A stretch of DNA of 61,010 bases, filler included, from Deltaproteobacteria bacterium (lineage in GTDB: Bacteria > CG2-30-53-67), in assembly GCA_013151235.1 (NCBI GenBank). It is 4 parts of 4 records of this genome, joined end to end, with 100 filler letters (N's around TTAATTAATTAA, not from the genome) between each part and the next. Parts side by side here need not be neighbours in the genome. Positions count along the whole stretch, not along the records: positions 12,582 to 35,541 come from JAADIO010000049.1; 3 more parts are not named here. One strand, 5' to 3'. The notes below the pieces were generated by a model. It was not told the origin of the DNA, did not search any database, and saw only the letters and a program-made list of their open reading frames with translations. Shown piece by piece: positions 18,754 through 30,665 of the stretch (positions are counted from its first letter, which is position 1; each line of letters starts with the position of its first letter). Both the position numbers and the translations under genes were made by a program.

Positions 18754-19206
18754 ATGAACGTTACGGAAAAGGTCAGGGCGCTGGTTCAGCCGATTCTTGA
18801 CGGCTTGGGACTTGAATTGTTTGATCTTACATACAGTCAGGCCGGGCAGGGGCTCCTCCGGATTTTTATCGACAAGGAGGAGGGGGTCACCCTGGATGAT
18901 TGCACACAGGTCAGCCGCGAACTGGAAACCCTGCTGGATGTTAAAGAGGTCGTTCCGGGAAGTTACCGTCTCGAAGTCTCTTCTCCCGGGATCAACCGTC
19001 CCATGCGTCATGAGGCGGATTATCGGAAATATTCCGGCCGCAGGATCAAGGTGAAACTGGTCCGAAAGATTTCCGACCGGAAAACCTTCGTCGGGGTCAA
19101 CCGGGGCGTTTCCGGGGGGATTCTGCAACTGGAGGTCTCACCGGAACAGATGGTAGAGATCCCGCTGCAGGAAGTGGTACGGGCCAGCCTGGAGGTCGAT
19201 TTCTAA
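18754..19206 (+). CDS. rimP: Ribosome maturation factor RimP
   Basis: LRIFIDK..GVTLDDC..VSR, YRLEVSSPGINRP. Confidence 0.95.
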   Translation: MNVTEKVRALVQPILDGLGLELFDLTYSQAGQGLLRIFIDKEEGVTLDDCTQVSRELETLLDVKEVVPGSYRLEVSSPGINRPMRHEADYRKYSGRRIKVKLVRKISDRKTFVGVNRGVSGGILQLEVSPEQMVEIPLQEVVRASLEVDF

Positions 19207-19233
19207 GCGGAAAGGAGCTTTAAGGAGAATATC

Positions 19234-20823
19234 ATGGAACCGAATCTGATCCAGATCATCAATATCCTGGGCAAAGAAAAGAATATCCCCAAAGAGACGA
19301 TCGTTGAAGCGATTGAGACCGCTATTACGACGGCAGCCAAGAAGAAGTATGGCGAAGATGAGGATATTGAGGTCGAGGTCAACATGCAAAAGGGCGAGAT
19401 CGAGGCCTACCGCTTCCGGGAAGTTGTGGAGAATGTGGAGGATGAACACCGCGAGATTCTCCTCACCGAAGCGCAGGAATACGATGATACGATCGAGGTC
19501 GGGGATGAATTTGCCGTTCGTCTCGATGTTGTTGAATTGGGACGCATTGCCGCCCAGACGGCCAAACAGATTATCGTCCAGCGGGTGAGAGAGGCGGAGC
19601 GGGAGGTGATCCTCGAAGAATACGGCAACCGGATCGGTGAGACGGTGAACGGGATCGTGATGCGTATGGAGCGGGGGGCCCTGGTGGTGGATCTTGGCAA
19701 AGCCGAGGGGATTCTGGCGCATGGCGGAAGGATCCCGGGTGAACGTTACAACCGGGGGGACCGGATTCGTGCCTTGATCAAAGGGGTGCAGGATTCGAGT
19801 AAGACCCCTCAGGTGATTCTCTCACGGACCGACCCGGAATATCTGATCAAGCTCTTTGCCGTTGAGGTTCCCGAGGTTTATGAAGGGATCGTCAAAATCA
19901 CGAAAGTTGTCCGGGAGCCGGGGCAGCGGGCGAAGATCTCCGTGATTTCCGATGACTCCAATGTCGATCCCGTCGGGGCCTGTGTCGGGATCAAGGGGTC
20001 GAGGGTGCAGGCGGTCGTGCAGGAACTGCGGGGAGAGAAGATTGATATTATTGAGTATACCGACGTGACCCGGGATATGATCGAAAAGGCCTTAAGTCCT
20101 GCGGCGATCTCCCGGATTGCCGTTAACGAAGAAGACAAATCGGCGCTGGTTGTGGTGGAAGAGAGTCAGCTTTCCCTGGCCATCGGCAGAAGAGGGCAGA
20201 ATGTTCGGTTTGCCTCGCAACTGACGAATCATCAGATCAATATCATGAGTGAGACCGAGTATCAGCAGGCCCTGCTGGATCAGCAGAAGGAAGCCGAGGC
20301 GGAAATTGCCGCCCGTGCCCGTGCTCTGGAAGAGATTGCCCGTTTGGAAGGCGTGGGTGAAAAAACGGCGCAGGCCATCCATGAAGGAGGTTTTGCCTCC
20401 GTGGCGGAGATTGCCGGGAGTACTCCGGCGGAATTATCGGCCGTTCCCGGGATCGGGGAAAAAACAGCCGAAAAAATTATCCAACAAGCCGTAGGACTCG
20501 CAAAAATACTGGAAGAGGAAGCGGCGATCCGGGCGGAGAAAGAAGCGAAAGAGGCGGCCCGGGCGGAGCAGGAAGCCGAAGAAGCCGCTGCACGTGCGGA
20601 GCAGGAGGCGGAGGAAGCGGCGACCCGGACCGAAGAAGAATCGGGATCCGGGAGTACACAGGAGGACCCGGCCGGGGAAGCTTCGGAGCCGGAGGATGCA
20701 GCCTTGCCGGAAGAGAAGGTCCCTGCGGAAGAGGATGCCTCCGGGCCGGAGTCGGATGGTGTCGGAGAAAAAACGGATTCGGAGGAGACCTCCACACAGA
20801 GGGACGAGGAGGTTGTTTCTTAA
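19234..20823 (+). CDS. nusA: Transcription termination/antitermination factor NusA with C-terminal HhH repeats and an acidic tail
   Basis: GRIAAQTAKQ, DPVGACVG.KGSRV, LSLAIGRRGQNVR. Confidence 0.97.
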   Translation: MEPNLIQIINILGKEKNIPKETIVEAIETAITTAAKKKYGEDEDIEVEVNMQKGEIEAYRFREVVENVEDEHREILLTEAQEYDDTIEVGDEFAVRLDVVELGRIAAQTAKQIIVQRVREAEREVILEEYGNRIGETVNGIVMRMERGALVVDLGKAEGILAHGGRIPGERYNRGDRIRALIKGVQDSSKTPQVILSRTDPEYLIKLFAVEVPEVYEGIVKITKVVREPGQRAKISVISDDSNVDPVGACVGIKGSRVQAVVQELRGEKIDIIEYTDVTRDMIEKALSPAAISRIAVNEEDKSALVVVEESQLSLAIGRRGQNVRFASQLTNHQINIMSETEYQQALLDQQKEAEAEIAARARALEEIARLEGVGEKTAQAIHEGGFASVAEIAGSTPAELSAVPGIGEKTAEKIIQQAVGLAKILEEEAAIRAEKEAKEAARAEQEAEEAAARAEQEAEEAATRTEEESGSGSTQEDPAGEASEPEDAALPEEKVPAEEDASGPESDGVGEKTDSEETSTQRDEEVVS

Positions 20824-20824
20824 A

Positions 20825-21409
20825 GTGACTCCAGGCAAGAGGGCAGTGCCGCATCGTACCTGTATCGGGTGCCGCGAGGCCTTCGAGAAGACGGCACTGA
20901 TCCGGATTGTACAGTCGCCGGATGGTCGGCTGGTTCCCGATCTCAAGGCGAAGCTTCCGGGGCGGGGTGTCTATCTGTGCAGCAGGCCTTCCTGTCTTCA
21001 AAAGGCCGTGCGGAAAAATCTTCTTTCCCGTGCCTTGCGCAGCCCGGTGCCGGCTTCGGAGCTTGCGGGGCTGGAAGAAAAAATTTGCGGTGTGCTGGAG
21101 AATAAGATCCGGTCGTTTCTGAGCGTATTGCGGAAAGGGAACCGGATTGTCGCCGGTCGTGAATCGATACAAAAAAGGATTCATCAAGGGGAGGTTTATC
21201 TGCTCATCCTGGCAGAGGAGTCTTCGAAAAAGCGTGCCGGTTATGAGCGAAAAAATATTCCATTGCGGATATTCTTCTCTCGTGAGCGTCTGGGACGGGC
21301 CGTTGGGAAAGCACCCCAGCCGGTCCTTGGGGTACTTGACGAGCGGGCGAGTCTGGAGCTGATCCGGTGGATCGATTGGGTGGATGGTTTTTGTGCCGGT
21401 AGGGGGTGA
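20825..21409 (+). CDS. YlxR/RnpM (DUF448) fused to an L7Ae-like domain
   Basis: RTCIGCR, GRGVYLC...CL, then an L7Ae-like segment; lies between nusA and infB. Confidence 0.85.
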   Translation: MTPGKRAVPHRTCIGCREAFEKTALIRIVQSPDGRLVPDLKAKLPGRGVYLCSRPSCLQKAVRKNLLSRALRSPVPASELAGLEEKICGVLENKIRSFLSVLRKGNRIVAGRESIQKRIHQGEVYLLILAEESSKKRAGYERKNIPLRIFFSRERLGRAVGKAPQPVLGVLDERASLELIRWIDWVDGFCAGRG

Positions 21410-23940
21410 AACGTTTTATGGGGAATAAAAAACTGAGGGTCCATGAAGTTGCAAGGGAGATCGGGATTGCCTCGAAAGAACTCCTGGAATACTTCAAGAA
21501 AACAAATCCTGAGATCAAGAGTAATCTCTCCGTGGTTCCGGATGAGGTGGCGGAAGAGGTGCGGGAGCAGTATTCCTCCACAGGAGGACTGAAGGCATCC
21601 AAGGCCCGGAAGAAGCCCAAACCGAAGGTGGAATTCAAGGTCCGCCGGAAGAGGAAAAAGGTCCCGGAGCCCGAAGTTGCTGCCGAGGGAATCTCGGCAG
21701 AACCTGAAAAGGCGGCGGTGAAAGACGCGGTCCCTCCGGTTGAGGAAAAGGAAGCGCCGGCGCCGATCCCGGAGACCCCGCAGGAAGCGGTGGTTGAGGC
21801 GCCTCCCGTGAAGGCACCGAAGGTCCAGCCGCCGAAAGAAGAGCCGGCGGCGAAGGCTCCTGCCGAGCCGGAAAAAGAAAAACAAAAGCTCAAGAAGAAA
21901 GAGAAGAAGAAAGGGAAAAAAGAAGAGGTCAAAAAAGAGAAACAGAACCGGGCCCGGGCGGGGGTGGAGAAGGCCAAGGGAAAGAAGGGAAAGATCAGTC
22001 TCAAGACGGAGAAGGTAGACCGCGGTGCACTGAAGAAACCGAAAAAGATCAGTGCCAGCCAGATGCTGGAGCTGCAGGTTCGCCGAACCCCGAAGAAACT
22101 CAGGGTCAAGCCGAAGAAGAAAACCCGGGCCGAGAAGTCCAAGGCTCGGGAGAAGGTCATACAGGAACAGCCGGTTGTGGAAGAGACCGGCAGCCTCATT
22201 CGTTGGGATGAGACGACCACCGTCAAGGAGGTCGCGGAACAGCTGCATCTGCCGGTGAATAATCTCATTATGAAATTCATGGAAATGGGTTCCATGGTGA
22301 CCGTGAATCAGCCGGTGGACCTGGAAGCCGTTTCCCTGGTCGCCGCGGAGTACGATTACGAGGTCAAGGCCGTTTCCCTGGAATCGGATGATGCCCTGAT
22401 TGAAGAGGTGGAGGACAATCCGGAGAATCTGGTCTCCCGTCCTCCGGTGGTTACGATCATGGGGCATGTTGATCATGGGAAGACCTCGCTGCTGGATGAG
22501 ATCCGGAAGTCCAACATTGTCGGCGATGAAGCCGGCGGAATTACCCAGCATATCGGCGCCTATACGGTGAAGCTGAAAGACCGGCAGATCACGTTTCTGG
22601 ATACGCCCGGCCATGAGGCCTTTACCTCCATGCGGGCCCGGGGTGCGAAGGTGACGGATATCGTGATCCTCGTGGTGGCTGCCGACGATGGTGTGATGCC
22701 GCAGACCGTGGAAGCGATCCATCATGCCGAGGCCGCCCGGGTTCCGATTGTGGTGGCGGTGAACAAGATCGATAAGGCGAATGCAAACCCGGATCGGGTC
22801 AAGCAGCAGTTGGCCGAGCACAAACTGGTCCCCGAGGAGTGGGGGGGACAGACGATCTTTGTGGAGGTTTCCGCCAAGAAAAAGATCGGTCTCGATTCTC
22901 TGCTGGAGATGGTCCTGCTTCAGGCGGACATGATGGAGTTGAAAGCCGATCCTCAGCACCTGGCGCGGGGTGTCATCATTGAAGCCCGGCTGGATAAGAC
23001 GCGGGGGCCGCTGGCAACGGTGCTGGTGGAATCCGGGACGATCAAAGTCGGGGATCCTTTTGTGACCGGCGGGTTTGCCGGGAAGGTCCGGGCCATGTTG
23101 AATGACCGGGGGAAAAAAATTACCTCTGCGGGACCTTCCGTTCCGGTGGAAATTCTCGGGATCTCCGGTGTGCCGATGGCGGGAGAGACGTTTGTGGCGG
23201 TGGAAGAAGAACGGAAGGCCCGGCAGATTGCCATGGTGCGTTCCACCCGGATGCGGGAGGCGGCGCTCTCCAAAGGGCATCGGCTGACGCTGGACGACCT
23301 GTTCCAACAGATCCAGCAGGGGGCGGTCAAGGAACTTCCCATCATAATCAAGGGGGATGTGCAGGGGTCAGTGGAAGCCCTTTCCGATACTTTAGAGCGC
23401 CTGAGTACGAGTGCCGTGGAGCTGAAAGTGATCCACGGTTCGGTCGGAGGAATTAACGAAACCGATGTGAATCTGGCGACCGCCTCCAATGCCGTGATTA
23501 TCGGTTTTAATGTTCGTCCGGAACCGAAGGCTGCGTCGCTGGCCGATGCCGAGCATGTGGATATTCGTTTGTACAATGTAATCTACGATGCGGCGGATGA
23601 TGTCCGAAAGGCGATGGAAGGACTCCTGGAACCGATCCTGAAAGAGCGGCAGTTAGGCCGTGCCGAAGTGCGGGAGGTCTTTTCCATTTCCCGGATCGGC
23701 AATGTCGCAGGCTGTTATGTGCTGGACGGGACCCTGGAACGATCCGCCCATATTCGTCTGATTCGGGACAACGTTGTCATTTTTGAAGGGAAAGCCTCCT
23801 CCCTGAAACGTTTCAAGGATGATGTCAAAGAGGTTGCCACCGGCTATGAGTGCGGGGTAACCATCGAAAATTACAATGACATCAAGCCGAAGGATATTAT
23901 TGAGTTTTATACCTTCGACAAGGTGGCGGCCAAATTATAG
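21406..23940 (+). CDS. infB: Translation initiation factor IF-2
   Basis: [30 protein letters not shown]. Confidence 0.98.
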   Translation: MKRFMGNKKLRVHEVAREIGIASKELLEYFKKTNPEIKSNLSVVPDEVAEEVREQYSSTGGLKASKARKKPKPKVEFKVRRKRKKVPEPEVAAEGISAEPEKAAVKDAVPPVEEKEAPAPIPETPQEAVVEAPPVKAPKVQPPKEEPAAKAPAEPEKEKQKLKKKEKKKGKKEEVKKEKQNRARAGVEKAKGKKGKISLKTEKVDRGALKKPKKISASQMLELQVRRTPKKLRVKPKKKTRAEKSKAREKVIQEQPVVEETGSLIRWDETTTVKEVAEQLHLPVNNLIMKFMEMGSMVTVNQPVDLEAVSLVAAEYDYEVKAVSLESDDALIEEVEDNPENLVSRPPVVTIMGHVDHGKTSLLDEIRKSNIVGDEAGGITQHIGAYTVKLKDRQITFLDTPGHEAFTSMRARGAKVTDIVILVVAADDGVMPQTVEAIHHAEAARVPIVVAVNKIDKANANPDRVKQQLAEHKLVPEEWGGQTIFVEVSAKKKIGLDSLLEMVLLQADMMELKADPQHLARGVIIEARLDKTRGPLATVLVESGTIKVGDPFVTGGFAGKVRAMLNDRGKKITSAGPSVPVEILGISGVPMAGETFVAVEEERKARQIAMVRSTRMREAALSKGHRLTLDDLFQQIQQGAVKELPIIIKGDVQGSVEALSDTLERLSTSAVELKVIHGSVGGINETDVNLATASNAVIIGFNVRPEPKAASLADAEHVDIRLYNVIYDAADDVRKAMEGLLEPILKERQLGRAEVREVFSISRIGNVAGCYVLDGTLERSAHIRLIRDNVVIFEGKASSLKRFKDDVKEVATGYECGVTIENYNDIKPKDIIEFYTFDKVAAKL

Positions 23941-24018
23941 TTGCGCTATTCTGAAGAAGGGACATGACGCGTACCGGTTTGTTGGAACAGGTCCGGTTGA
24001 AGGGGCGGGAGTTCGGGT

Positions 24019-24300
24019 ATGCACGTTGGTGCCTTGATCGTTGATTTATATCTTCCGGGATGTACTTCTCTGAAGGGGAAACGGAGCATTGTCAAATCGA
24101 TCAAGGAGCGGGTGAAAAATAAGTTTAATGTTTCCGTGGCGGAAGTAGATTATCATGATCTGCATCAGCGGGCCTTGATCGGTGTGGCCATGATCGGCAA
24201 TGATGCAAAAAAGATCAACAGTGCGCTGGATAAGGTTTTGAGCTTTTTGGAACTGTTTCGTGATGCGGACCTGGCGGGTCATCAGCTTGAAATCATGTAA
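24019..24300 (+). CDS. DUF503 (YlxP) family protein
   Basis: SLKGKR, KFNVSVAEV..D.HQ; conserved position between infB and rbfA. Confidence 0.9.
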   Translation: MHVGALIVDLYLPGCTSLKGKRSIVKSIKERVKNKFNVSVAEVDYHDLHQRALIGVAMIGNDAKKINSALDKVLSFLELFRDADLAGHQLEIM

Positions 24301-24324
24301 CGGCCAAGGATATGAAGGATATGG

Positions 24325-24699
24325 ATGATGTCTTCTCCGAGAATGGAACGGATTTCCGATCTCATGATTTCCGAGATCTCGCAGGTTTTGTTACGGAAAG
24401 TCAAAGACCCCCGCGTGCGGCATGTAACCATTTCCGACGTGGACGTGGCCCGGGACCTCAAGACGGCAAAAGTATATTTCAGTGTCTTGCCGGGCGGGAT
24501 GGATAAAGACGAAGTCCTCGACGGTTTGAACCGTGCCGCCGGATACATCCGCAGTGAACTGTTTCATGTCCTCCGATTCAAATCGATCCCCCGGTTGATT
24601 TTTAAATTGGACCCCTCCATTGAATACGGCGCGCACATTGAAAAACTCCTGCACACCCTCCACAATGGAAAGGACGAGGATGAAGACGGGGAATCTTGA
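24325..24699 (+). CDS. rbfA: 30S ribosome-binding factor A
   Basis: KDPR, DL..AKVY, AAGYIR, P.L.F..D.SIEYG. Confidence 0.95.
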   Translation: MMSSPRMERISDLMISEISQVLLRKVKDPRVRHVTISDVDVARDLKTAKVYFSVLPGGMDKDEVLDGLNRAAGYIRSELFHVLRFKSIPRLIFKLDPSIEYGAHIEKLLHTLHNGKDEDEDGES

Positions 24700-25671
24700 A
24701 CGCGTACGGCAGGTCCTGGCGGACGCCCATCGTATTCTGCTCACCACCCATGTGAACCCGGATGGGGACGGGTTGAGTTCCGAACTGGCGTTGGCTCGTT
24801 TCCTGGATCTGTCGGGCAAGGAAGTCCGGATCGTCAACCGGGACCCCGTTCCCGAGATCTTTGCGTTTCTGCCCGGCGCCGACCGGATTCAGCGGTCGGA
24901 CCGTCTGCCCGCGGACACGGACCTGGTGGTGGTCCTGGACTGCGGGGGACTGGAGCGATCCGGTCTGAAGGTGGAGGACGGCGCCGATCCGAAGGTGGTG
25001 GTGATCGACCATCATCTGACCGACGATCATGACGGNNNNNNNNNNNNNNNNNNNNNNNNNNNNNNNNNNNNNNNNNNNNNNNNNNNNNNNNNNNNNNNAT
25101 GGAGGAGCAGGGGACCGTTACCCTCGATTTTTCCATGGCCCTCTGTCTGTATACCTCGATCTTCACCGATACCGGCTCCTTCCGTTATTCCAATACAACA
25201 CCGCAGGCCATGGCTTTTGCCTCGGAACTGCTGGCCTATGGTGTCGATTCCTGGATGGTGGCGGAGCAGGTTTATGAATCCAAGTCCTTCCCCGTATTAA
25301 AACTGACGGGTACCTTCCTGGAGTCGCTTGGGGTCAGCCGCCGGGGGCGTTTTGCCTGGGGAATCATCCGGCAGGCGGACCTGAAGGCGACCGGGACACG
25401 GGAAGAGCATACCGACGGTTTCGTGAACTATCCCCGTTCGATCCGGGGAGTGGAGGTCGCCATTCTCTTCCGGGAGGTTTCCGGCACGTCCGTCAAGATC
25501 AGCATGCGTTCCAAGGGAAAGGTGAATGTGGCGGCCGTGGCGGAAAAATTCGGCGGCGGCGGACACCACAATGCCGCCGGCTGTGTCCTCGAGGGAACAC
25601 TGCCCGAAGTCACCCGGCGCGTGCTGGAAATCGTCGGCGATTCTCTGGACGATGAGGTCGATCCCGTCTGA
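24680..25671 (+). CDS. nrnA: DHH/DHHA1 phosphoesterase (NrnA-like), interrupted by scaffold gap 25036-25098
   Basis: HVNPDGD, DCG, IDHH, TDTGSFRY, SMRS, GGGGH..AAG. Confidence 0.85.
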
Positions 25672-25707
25672 GCGTACTCTTCCGAATCCTTTTCACTGTA
25701 GGGTTCC

Positions 25708-26664
25708 ATGCCGCAAAAAAACATATCATCCATGGGAGCAGGGGCGCCGTTCGAAGGGATACTCGTGGTGGATAAACCGGCCGGCTGGACCTCTCACGAC
25801 GTGGTGGCCAAATGCCGGGGGGTGATCGGGATCCGGAAGATCGGCCATGCGGGGACGCTGGATCCTGAGGCGACGGGGCTTCTTCCTCTCTGTGTCGGCC
25901 GGGCCACCCGGATTGTCGAATACCTGATGGATCTACCGAAGAGCTATGCGGTTCGGATGAAATTAGGCGTGGAGACCGACACGGAAGATGCCGCCGGGCA
26001 GGTGATTGCCGAACACGATCTTGCCGAGATTACGGAATCTGCGGTTCGCCTCTGCCTGCAACGTTATCGCGGGGAACGGGAACAGGTTCCTCCCATGTTT
26101 TCCGCCCTCAAGCAGGGAGGGAAACGGCTCTACCAGTATGCCCGGGCAGGGAAGGTCGTGGAACGGAAACCGCGCAAGGTGATCTTCTATGAAATTGCCG
26201 ATCTTGTTTTTGATCTTCCTTTTTTAACCTTTCGTGTTCGCTGTTCCCGGGGGACCTACGTCCGATCCCTCTGCCGGGACCTCGGACGGGATCTCGGGGT
26301 GGGGGGACATCTGACGGCCCTCCGAAGGACGGAGAGCGCCGGTTTTGTCGAGGCCGATGCCGTTCCGCTGAGTCGTCTGCTGGAGATGGATCGACGGAAA
26401 ATCCCGGGATTGCTGTTTCCGATCGACCGCCCTCTCGCCGGGATGCCGCGCCTGACCGTCCGACCGGATGGTGAGCGCAGGATCTCCCGGGGACGGATGT
26501 TGTCGGACGAGGACTTGCAGGCGGGGGAGGCGGAAAGGATCGTCGCCGGACGGGTGCGGGTCTATGGTCCGAACGATCGGTTTCTGGCGATCGGGGAATG
26601 CGAATTTACCCCCGCAGGTCATTTGCGGGTGATCCCGAAAAAGGTCTTCTGCCTGCCGTCATAA
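25708..26664 (+). CDS. truB: tRNA pseudouridine(55) synthase
   Basis: DKPAGWTSHDVV, GHAGTLDP, QVPPMFSALK, GTYVRSL. Confidence 0.97.
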   Translation: MPQKNISSMGAGAPFEGILVVDKPAGWTSHDVVAKCRGVIGIRKIGHAGTLDPEATGLLPLCVGRATRIVEYLMDLPKSYAVRMKLGVETDTEDAAGQVIAEHDLAEITESAVRLCLQRYRGEREQVPPMFSALKQGGKRLYQYARAGKVVERKPRKVIFYEIADLVFDLPFLTFRVRCSRGTYVRSLCRDLGRDLGVGGHLTALRRTESAGFVEADAVPLSRLLEMDRRKIPGLLFPIDRPLAGMPRLTVRPDGERRISRGRMLSDEDLQAGEAERIVAGRVRVYGPNDRFLAIGECEFTPAGHLRVIPKKVFCLPS

Positions 26665-26784
26665 TTCTCTTTACTTCCCTGCCTCAATATGCTAAAAATC
26701 AATCGGTAAATTACTGTGTGCTTGTTATTGGAACTTGCACAATTCAAGTGAATCATTCACGGAAAGGAGCGGAAGAAAAAAGCA

Positions 26785-27054
26785 ATGACTTTAGTCAAAG
26801 AAGACAAGAAGGAGATTATCGACGATTACAAGCGTCACGACAACGACACCGGTTCGCCCGAAGTTCAGATTGCAATCATCTCGGAACGGATCAAGTATCT
26901 CACGGAGCATTTTAAAACCCATAAGAAAGATCATCACTCCCGGCGCGGTTTGCTGAAACTGGTCGGGAAACGACGAAGACTTCTCGATTATCTGATCAAG
27001 AAAGATATCAGCCGTTATCGTCAAGTCATCAGCCGGCTCGGTATCCGTCGGTAA
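26785..27054 (+). CDS. rpsO: 30S ribosomal protein S15
   Basis: [21 protein letters not shown]. Confidence 0.99.
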   Translation: MTLVKEDKKEIIDDYKRHDNDTGSPEVQIAIISERIKYLTEHFKTHKKDHHSRRGLLKLVGKRRRLLDYLIKKDISRYRQVISRLGIRR

Positions 27055-27217
27055 TTTTTCAGCCTGCACCTCTGCCACAGATGGACACAGGTGAGGATCG
27101 GCACGGTTTCTTTTCCTGCAGCGTCGGTCCTTGGCTGCGTTTATCTGTGGTCCCTTTTGCAGGCGTTTACGTATTTTTCCGCATGCCGGGGAAATGCAAA
27201 GGAGCACAGATAAGCTT

Positions 27218-29317
27218 ATGAAACAGACTGTTGAGATTGAAGTCGGGGGCAGACCCCTTATCATAGAGACGGGCAACGTGGCCAAACAGGCCAATGGTGC
27301 CGTCATGATGACCTACGGAGAGACGGTAGTGTTGGTGACCGCCGTATCCGCAACGACCGCGCGGGAAGGGACCGATTTTCTCCCCCTGACCGTAAATTAT
27401 CAGGAAAAATTCTACGCCGCCGGAAAGATCCCCGGGGGCTTTTTCAAACGGGAAGGGCGGCCCACCAACATGGATACGCTGACTTCCCGATTGATTGATC
27501 GTCCGCTTCGTCCTCTCTTTCCGGACAACTACTTCTTTGAAACCCAGATCATTGCAACGGTTCTTTCCGCCGATGATGAGAATTGTCCCGATACCCTGGC
27601 CCTGACCGGGGCTTCAGCCGCCCTGGCGATTTCCGACATCCCTTTTGCCGGACCCGTCGCCGGTGTTCGTGTCGGCCGGGTCGATGGAGAACTGATCGTC
27701 AACCCGACATTTGCGCAGTTGGAGGAGAGTGACCTGAATCTGACCGTCGCCGGGACTCGGGAAGCCGTGACCATGGTGGAAGCGGGGGCCGATGAGCTGT
27801 CCGAAGAGAACATGATCGAGGCGATCGAATTCGCACACCGGGAGATCGTCCGGATTGTGGAGATCCAGGAGGAACTGCAAAGCAAGATTGCGCCGGTCAA
27901 GCGGGTTGTGGAGGCGCCTGCCCCGACGGAAGAGGAAAGGAAACTTGAGGAAGAGATCCGGGCCGTTGCCACGGAAAAGATTCGTGCCGTGAATACAGTA
28001 CCGGAAAAACATGACCGGCAACATGCCTTGGACGCGGTCGTCGATGAGATTGTTGCGCAATTTGGTGATGAAGAGGGAAACCGCAGGGGGTTTATCCGGG
28101 AGGTCTGCGAGGAGATCGAAAAGGAAGATCTCCGGCGGCTGATCCTCAAAGAGAAAAAGCGTGTCGATGGACGTGCTCTGAACGAAGTACGTCCGATCAC
28201 CTGCGAAATCGGTTTTCTGCCCCGCGTCCACGGCTCGGCTCTTTTTACGCGGGGAGAGACACAGGCGATTGTGACCACAACACTGGGGACTTCTTCGGAT
28301 GAGCAACGAATCGATGCCCTTCAGGGGGAATCGACCAAACGGTTTCTGCTTCATTACAATTTCCCGCCTTACAGTGTGGGGGAGGCAAAATTTCTCCGGG
28401 GGCCCGGTCGTCGTGAAATCGGCCACGGGGCGTTGGCGGAACGGGCTCTTGTTTCACAGATCCCTGATGACGAACGTTTCCCCTATACCCTGCGGGTGGT
28501 GTCGGAGGTGACCGAATCGAACGGTTCCTCTTCCATGGCGACGGTTTGCGGCGGGACGCTCTCTTTGATGGATGCCGGCGTGCCGCTTCGTGCACCGGTC
28601 TCCGGGATTGCCATGGGCCTGATCAAGGAAGGGGACGAGGTGGCCATCCTTTCCGATATTCTCGGGGTGGAAGATCACCTCGGAGATATGGATTTTAAGG
28701 TGACCGGCACCTCAAAAGGGATTACCGCTCTCCAGATGGACATCAAGATCGCCGGTGTGAATCGGGAGATCCTGACGCGTGCGTTGGCCCAGGCGAAGGA
28801 AGGGCGTGCCTTTATTCTCAACAAGATGCTGGAGTCGATCCAGTCGCCCCGGAAAGAGATCTCCCCGCATGCGCCGCGGATCACCACGATTAAGATCCAT
28901 CCCGACAAAATCCGGGATGTCATCGGACCCGGGGGAAAGATGATCCGGAGTATTGTGGAACGGACCGGCGCCAAGATTGACGTAGAGGATGACGGCAGTA
29001 TCAAGATCGCCACGGTCGATTCCGAGGCCAGCGCAAAAGCGATCAAGATTATTGAGGATTTAACCCAGGAAGCGAAGGTCGGGAAACTCTATATGGGGAC
29101 GGTACGGAAGATCATGGATTTCGGTGCCTTTGTGGAGATCTTTCCCGGTACCGACGGCCTGGTGCATATCTCGCAATTAGCCGAACACCGTGTGAACAAG
29201 GTCCAGGACATCCTCAAGGAAGGGGACCAGGTCATGGTCAAGGTGCTGGAAATCGACCGGCAGGGGAAGATCCGGTTGAGCCGGAAAGAGGCGATGCAGG
29301 ATCAGAAAGGTAAATAG
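27218..29317 (+). CDS. pnp: Polyribonucleotide nucleotidyltransferase
   Basis: [46 protein letters not shown] and S1 domains. Confidence 0.98.
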   Translation: MKQTVEIEVGGRPLIIETGNVAKQANGAVMMTYGETVVLVTAVSATTAREGTDFLPLTVNYQEKFYAAGKIPGGFFKREGRPTNMDTLTSRLIDRPLRPLFPDNYFFETQIIATVLSADDENCPDTLALTGASAALAISDIPFAGPVAGVRVGRVDGELIVNPTFAQLEESDLNLTVAGTREAVTMVEAGADELSEENMIEAIEFAHREIVRIVEIQEELQSKIAPVKRVVEAPAPTEEERKLEEEIRAVATEKIRAVNTVPEKHDRQHALDAVVDEIVAQFGDEEGNRRGFIREVCEEIEKEDLRRLILKEKKRVDGRALNEVRPITCEIGFLPRVHGSALFTRGETQAIVTTTLGTSSDEQRIDALQGESTKRFLLHYNFPPYSVGEAKFLRGPGRREIGHGALAERALVSQIPDDERFPYTLRVVSEVTESNGSSSMATVCGGTLSLMDAGVPLRAPVSGIAMGLIKEGDEVAILSDILGVEDHLGDMDFKVTGTSKGITALQMDIKIAGVNREILTRALAQAKEGRAFILNKMLESIQSPRKEISPHAPRITTIKIHPDKIRDVIGPGGKMIRSIVERTGAKIDVEDDGSIKIATVDSEASAKAIKIIEDLTQEAKVGKLYMGTVRKIMDFGAFVEIFPGTDGLVHISQLAEHRVNKVQDILKEGDQVMVKVLEIDRQGKIRLSRKEAMQDQKGK

Positions 29318-29340
29318 CCAGGATGATGGAATGTCCCGTG

Positions 29341-29368
29341 GAGGAGGTGAAAGCCTCCTCTTTTTTTT
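29341..29368 (+). terminator. Intrinsic terminator after pnp
   Basis: GAGGAGG-TGAAAG-CCTCCTC-T8. Confidence 0.75.
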
Positions 29369-29399
29369 CCTGCGAAAATATAGAGAACAAAAGAGAACC

Positions 29400-30665
29400 A
29401 TGAAAAATAAAACACAGCAGGGGTTGTTTCGGAAGACCGTTCTGCCGAACGGTCTGACCGTGCTGACCGAAAAGATGCCCCATGTCCGCTCGGTCTGCAT
29501 CGGTATCTGGGTCCCGACGGGAAGTCGTTTCGAGACAAAGGAGAAAAACGGGATCTCCCACTTCCTGGAGCATATGTTCTTCAAGGGAACGGAGAAACGG
29601 AGTGCCCTGGATATAGCGATGGAAGTCGATTCCCTGGGAGGGGAGATGAATGCCTTTACCTCCAGGGAACAGACCACCTACTACATCAAGGTTCTCGATA
29701 CGCACCTCCGGCTGGCCCTGGATATCTTGACCGATATTTTCCTGCATTCCACACTGGATGCGAAGGAACTCGAGAGGGAACGACAGGTTATCCTCGAAGA
29801 GATCCGGATGCAGGAGGACCAGCCGGAAGATCTGGTCCATGACGTGATGAATGAGATGATCTGGCCGGATCAGGCCCTCGGTTTTCCTGTGGCCGGCCGG
29901 GAAGAGAATGTGATTGCACTGAACCGGGAGGATCTGGTCGCATACGTCCGGGAGATGTACAACCGTGAGAAACTGGTGATCTCCTGTGCGGGCAACATCG
30001 AGCATGAAAAATTCGTCGCGGATATCGCCGAATATTTCAAGGACTTTTCTTCTATGGAAAAGGCTCGGGTCCCGGTTCCTCCCCGTTTTGTGCCGGGCAT
30101 GAAAGTTCTGACCCGTGAACTTGAACAGGTTCACCTCTGCCTCTCCCTGCCCGGTGTTGCTCAAGCCGATCCGGATCGCTTCGCATTTTATATTCTGAAT
30201 ACACTCTTGGGCGCCAACATGAGTTCCCGTCTTTTTCAGGAGGTTCGGGAGAAGAGGGGGTTGGCCTATTCCGTCTATTCTTACCTGTCGAGTTACCGGG
30301 ATGGGGGGAATCTGACCATCTATACCGGGGCCAACCGCGACCGTATCCGGGAGGTTCTTGAAGTGATCCGCGTGGAACTGGACCGGATTGCTCGGCACCC
30401 CGTTACGGCGAAGGAGTTGCACCGTGCCAAGGAATATATGAAAGGCGGGCTCATGCTCAGCCTTGAAAGCTCCTCCAGTGTGATGAGCCGGATCGCCAAG
30501 CAGGAAATCTCACTGGAGGGTTATCAGAGTGTGGATGAGATTGTCCGGCAGGTTGAAGCCGTGACAGCGGACCGCATCCGGGAGATTGCGGCAAAATGCT
30601 TTCAGAAAGACAGGATCGCTCTGGCAGCGATCGGCCCCGTTGAGGAGAAGGACCTGCTTCAATGA
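29400..30665 (+). CDS. M16 family (pitrilysin-like) zinc peptidase
   Basis: [11 protein letters not shown] (HxxEH), [22 protein letters not shown]. Confidence 0.93.
   Translation: MKNKTQQGLFRKTVLPNGLTVLTEKMPHVRSVCIGIWVPTGSRFETKEKNGISHFLEHMFFKGTEKRSALDIAMEVDSLGGEMNAFTSREQTTYYIKVLDTHLRLALDILTDIFLHSTLDAKELERERQVILEEIRMQEDQPEDLVHDVMNEMIWPDQALGFPVAGREENVIALNREDLVAYVREMYNREKLVISCAGNIEHEKFVADIAEYFKDFSSMEKARVPVPPRFVPGMKVLTRELEQVHLCLSLPGVAQADPDRFAFYILNTLLGANMSSRLFQEVREKRGLAYSVYSYLSSYRDGGNLTIYTGANRDRIREVLEVIRVELDRIARHPVTAKELHRAKEYMKGGLMLSLESSSSVMSRIAKQEISLEGYQSVDEIVRQVEAVTADRIREIAAKCFQKDRIALAAIGPVEEKDLLQ

Noticed and set aside
21241-23307. Long antisense ORFs (688 aa opposite infB; similar ones opposite cobQ, ftsH, norB, folP and ETF-QO)
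   Set aside because: They are shadow frames of GC-rich coding genes and have no recognisable motifs.
24680-25671. Frameshifted or pseudogenised DHH phosphoesterase
   Set aside because: The frame change coincides with an N-gap of estimated length.
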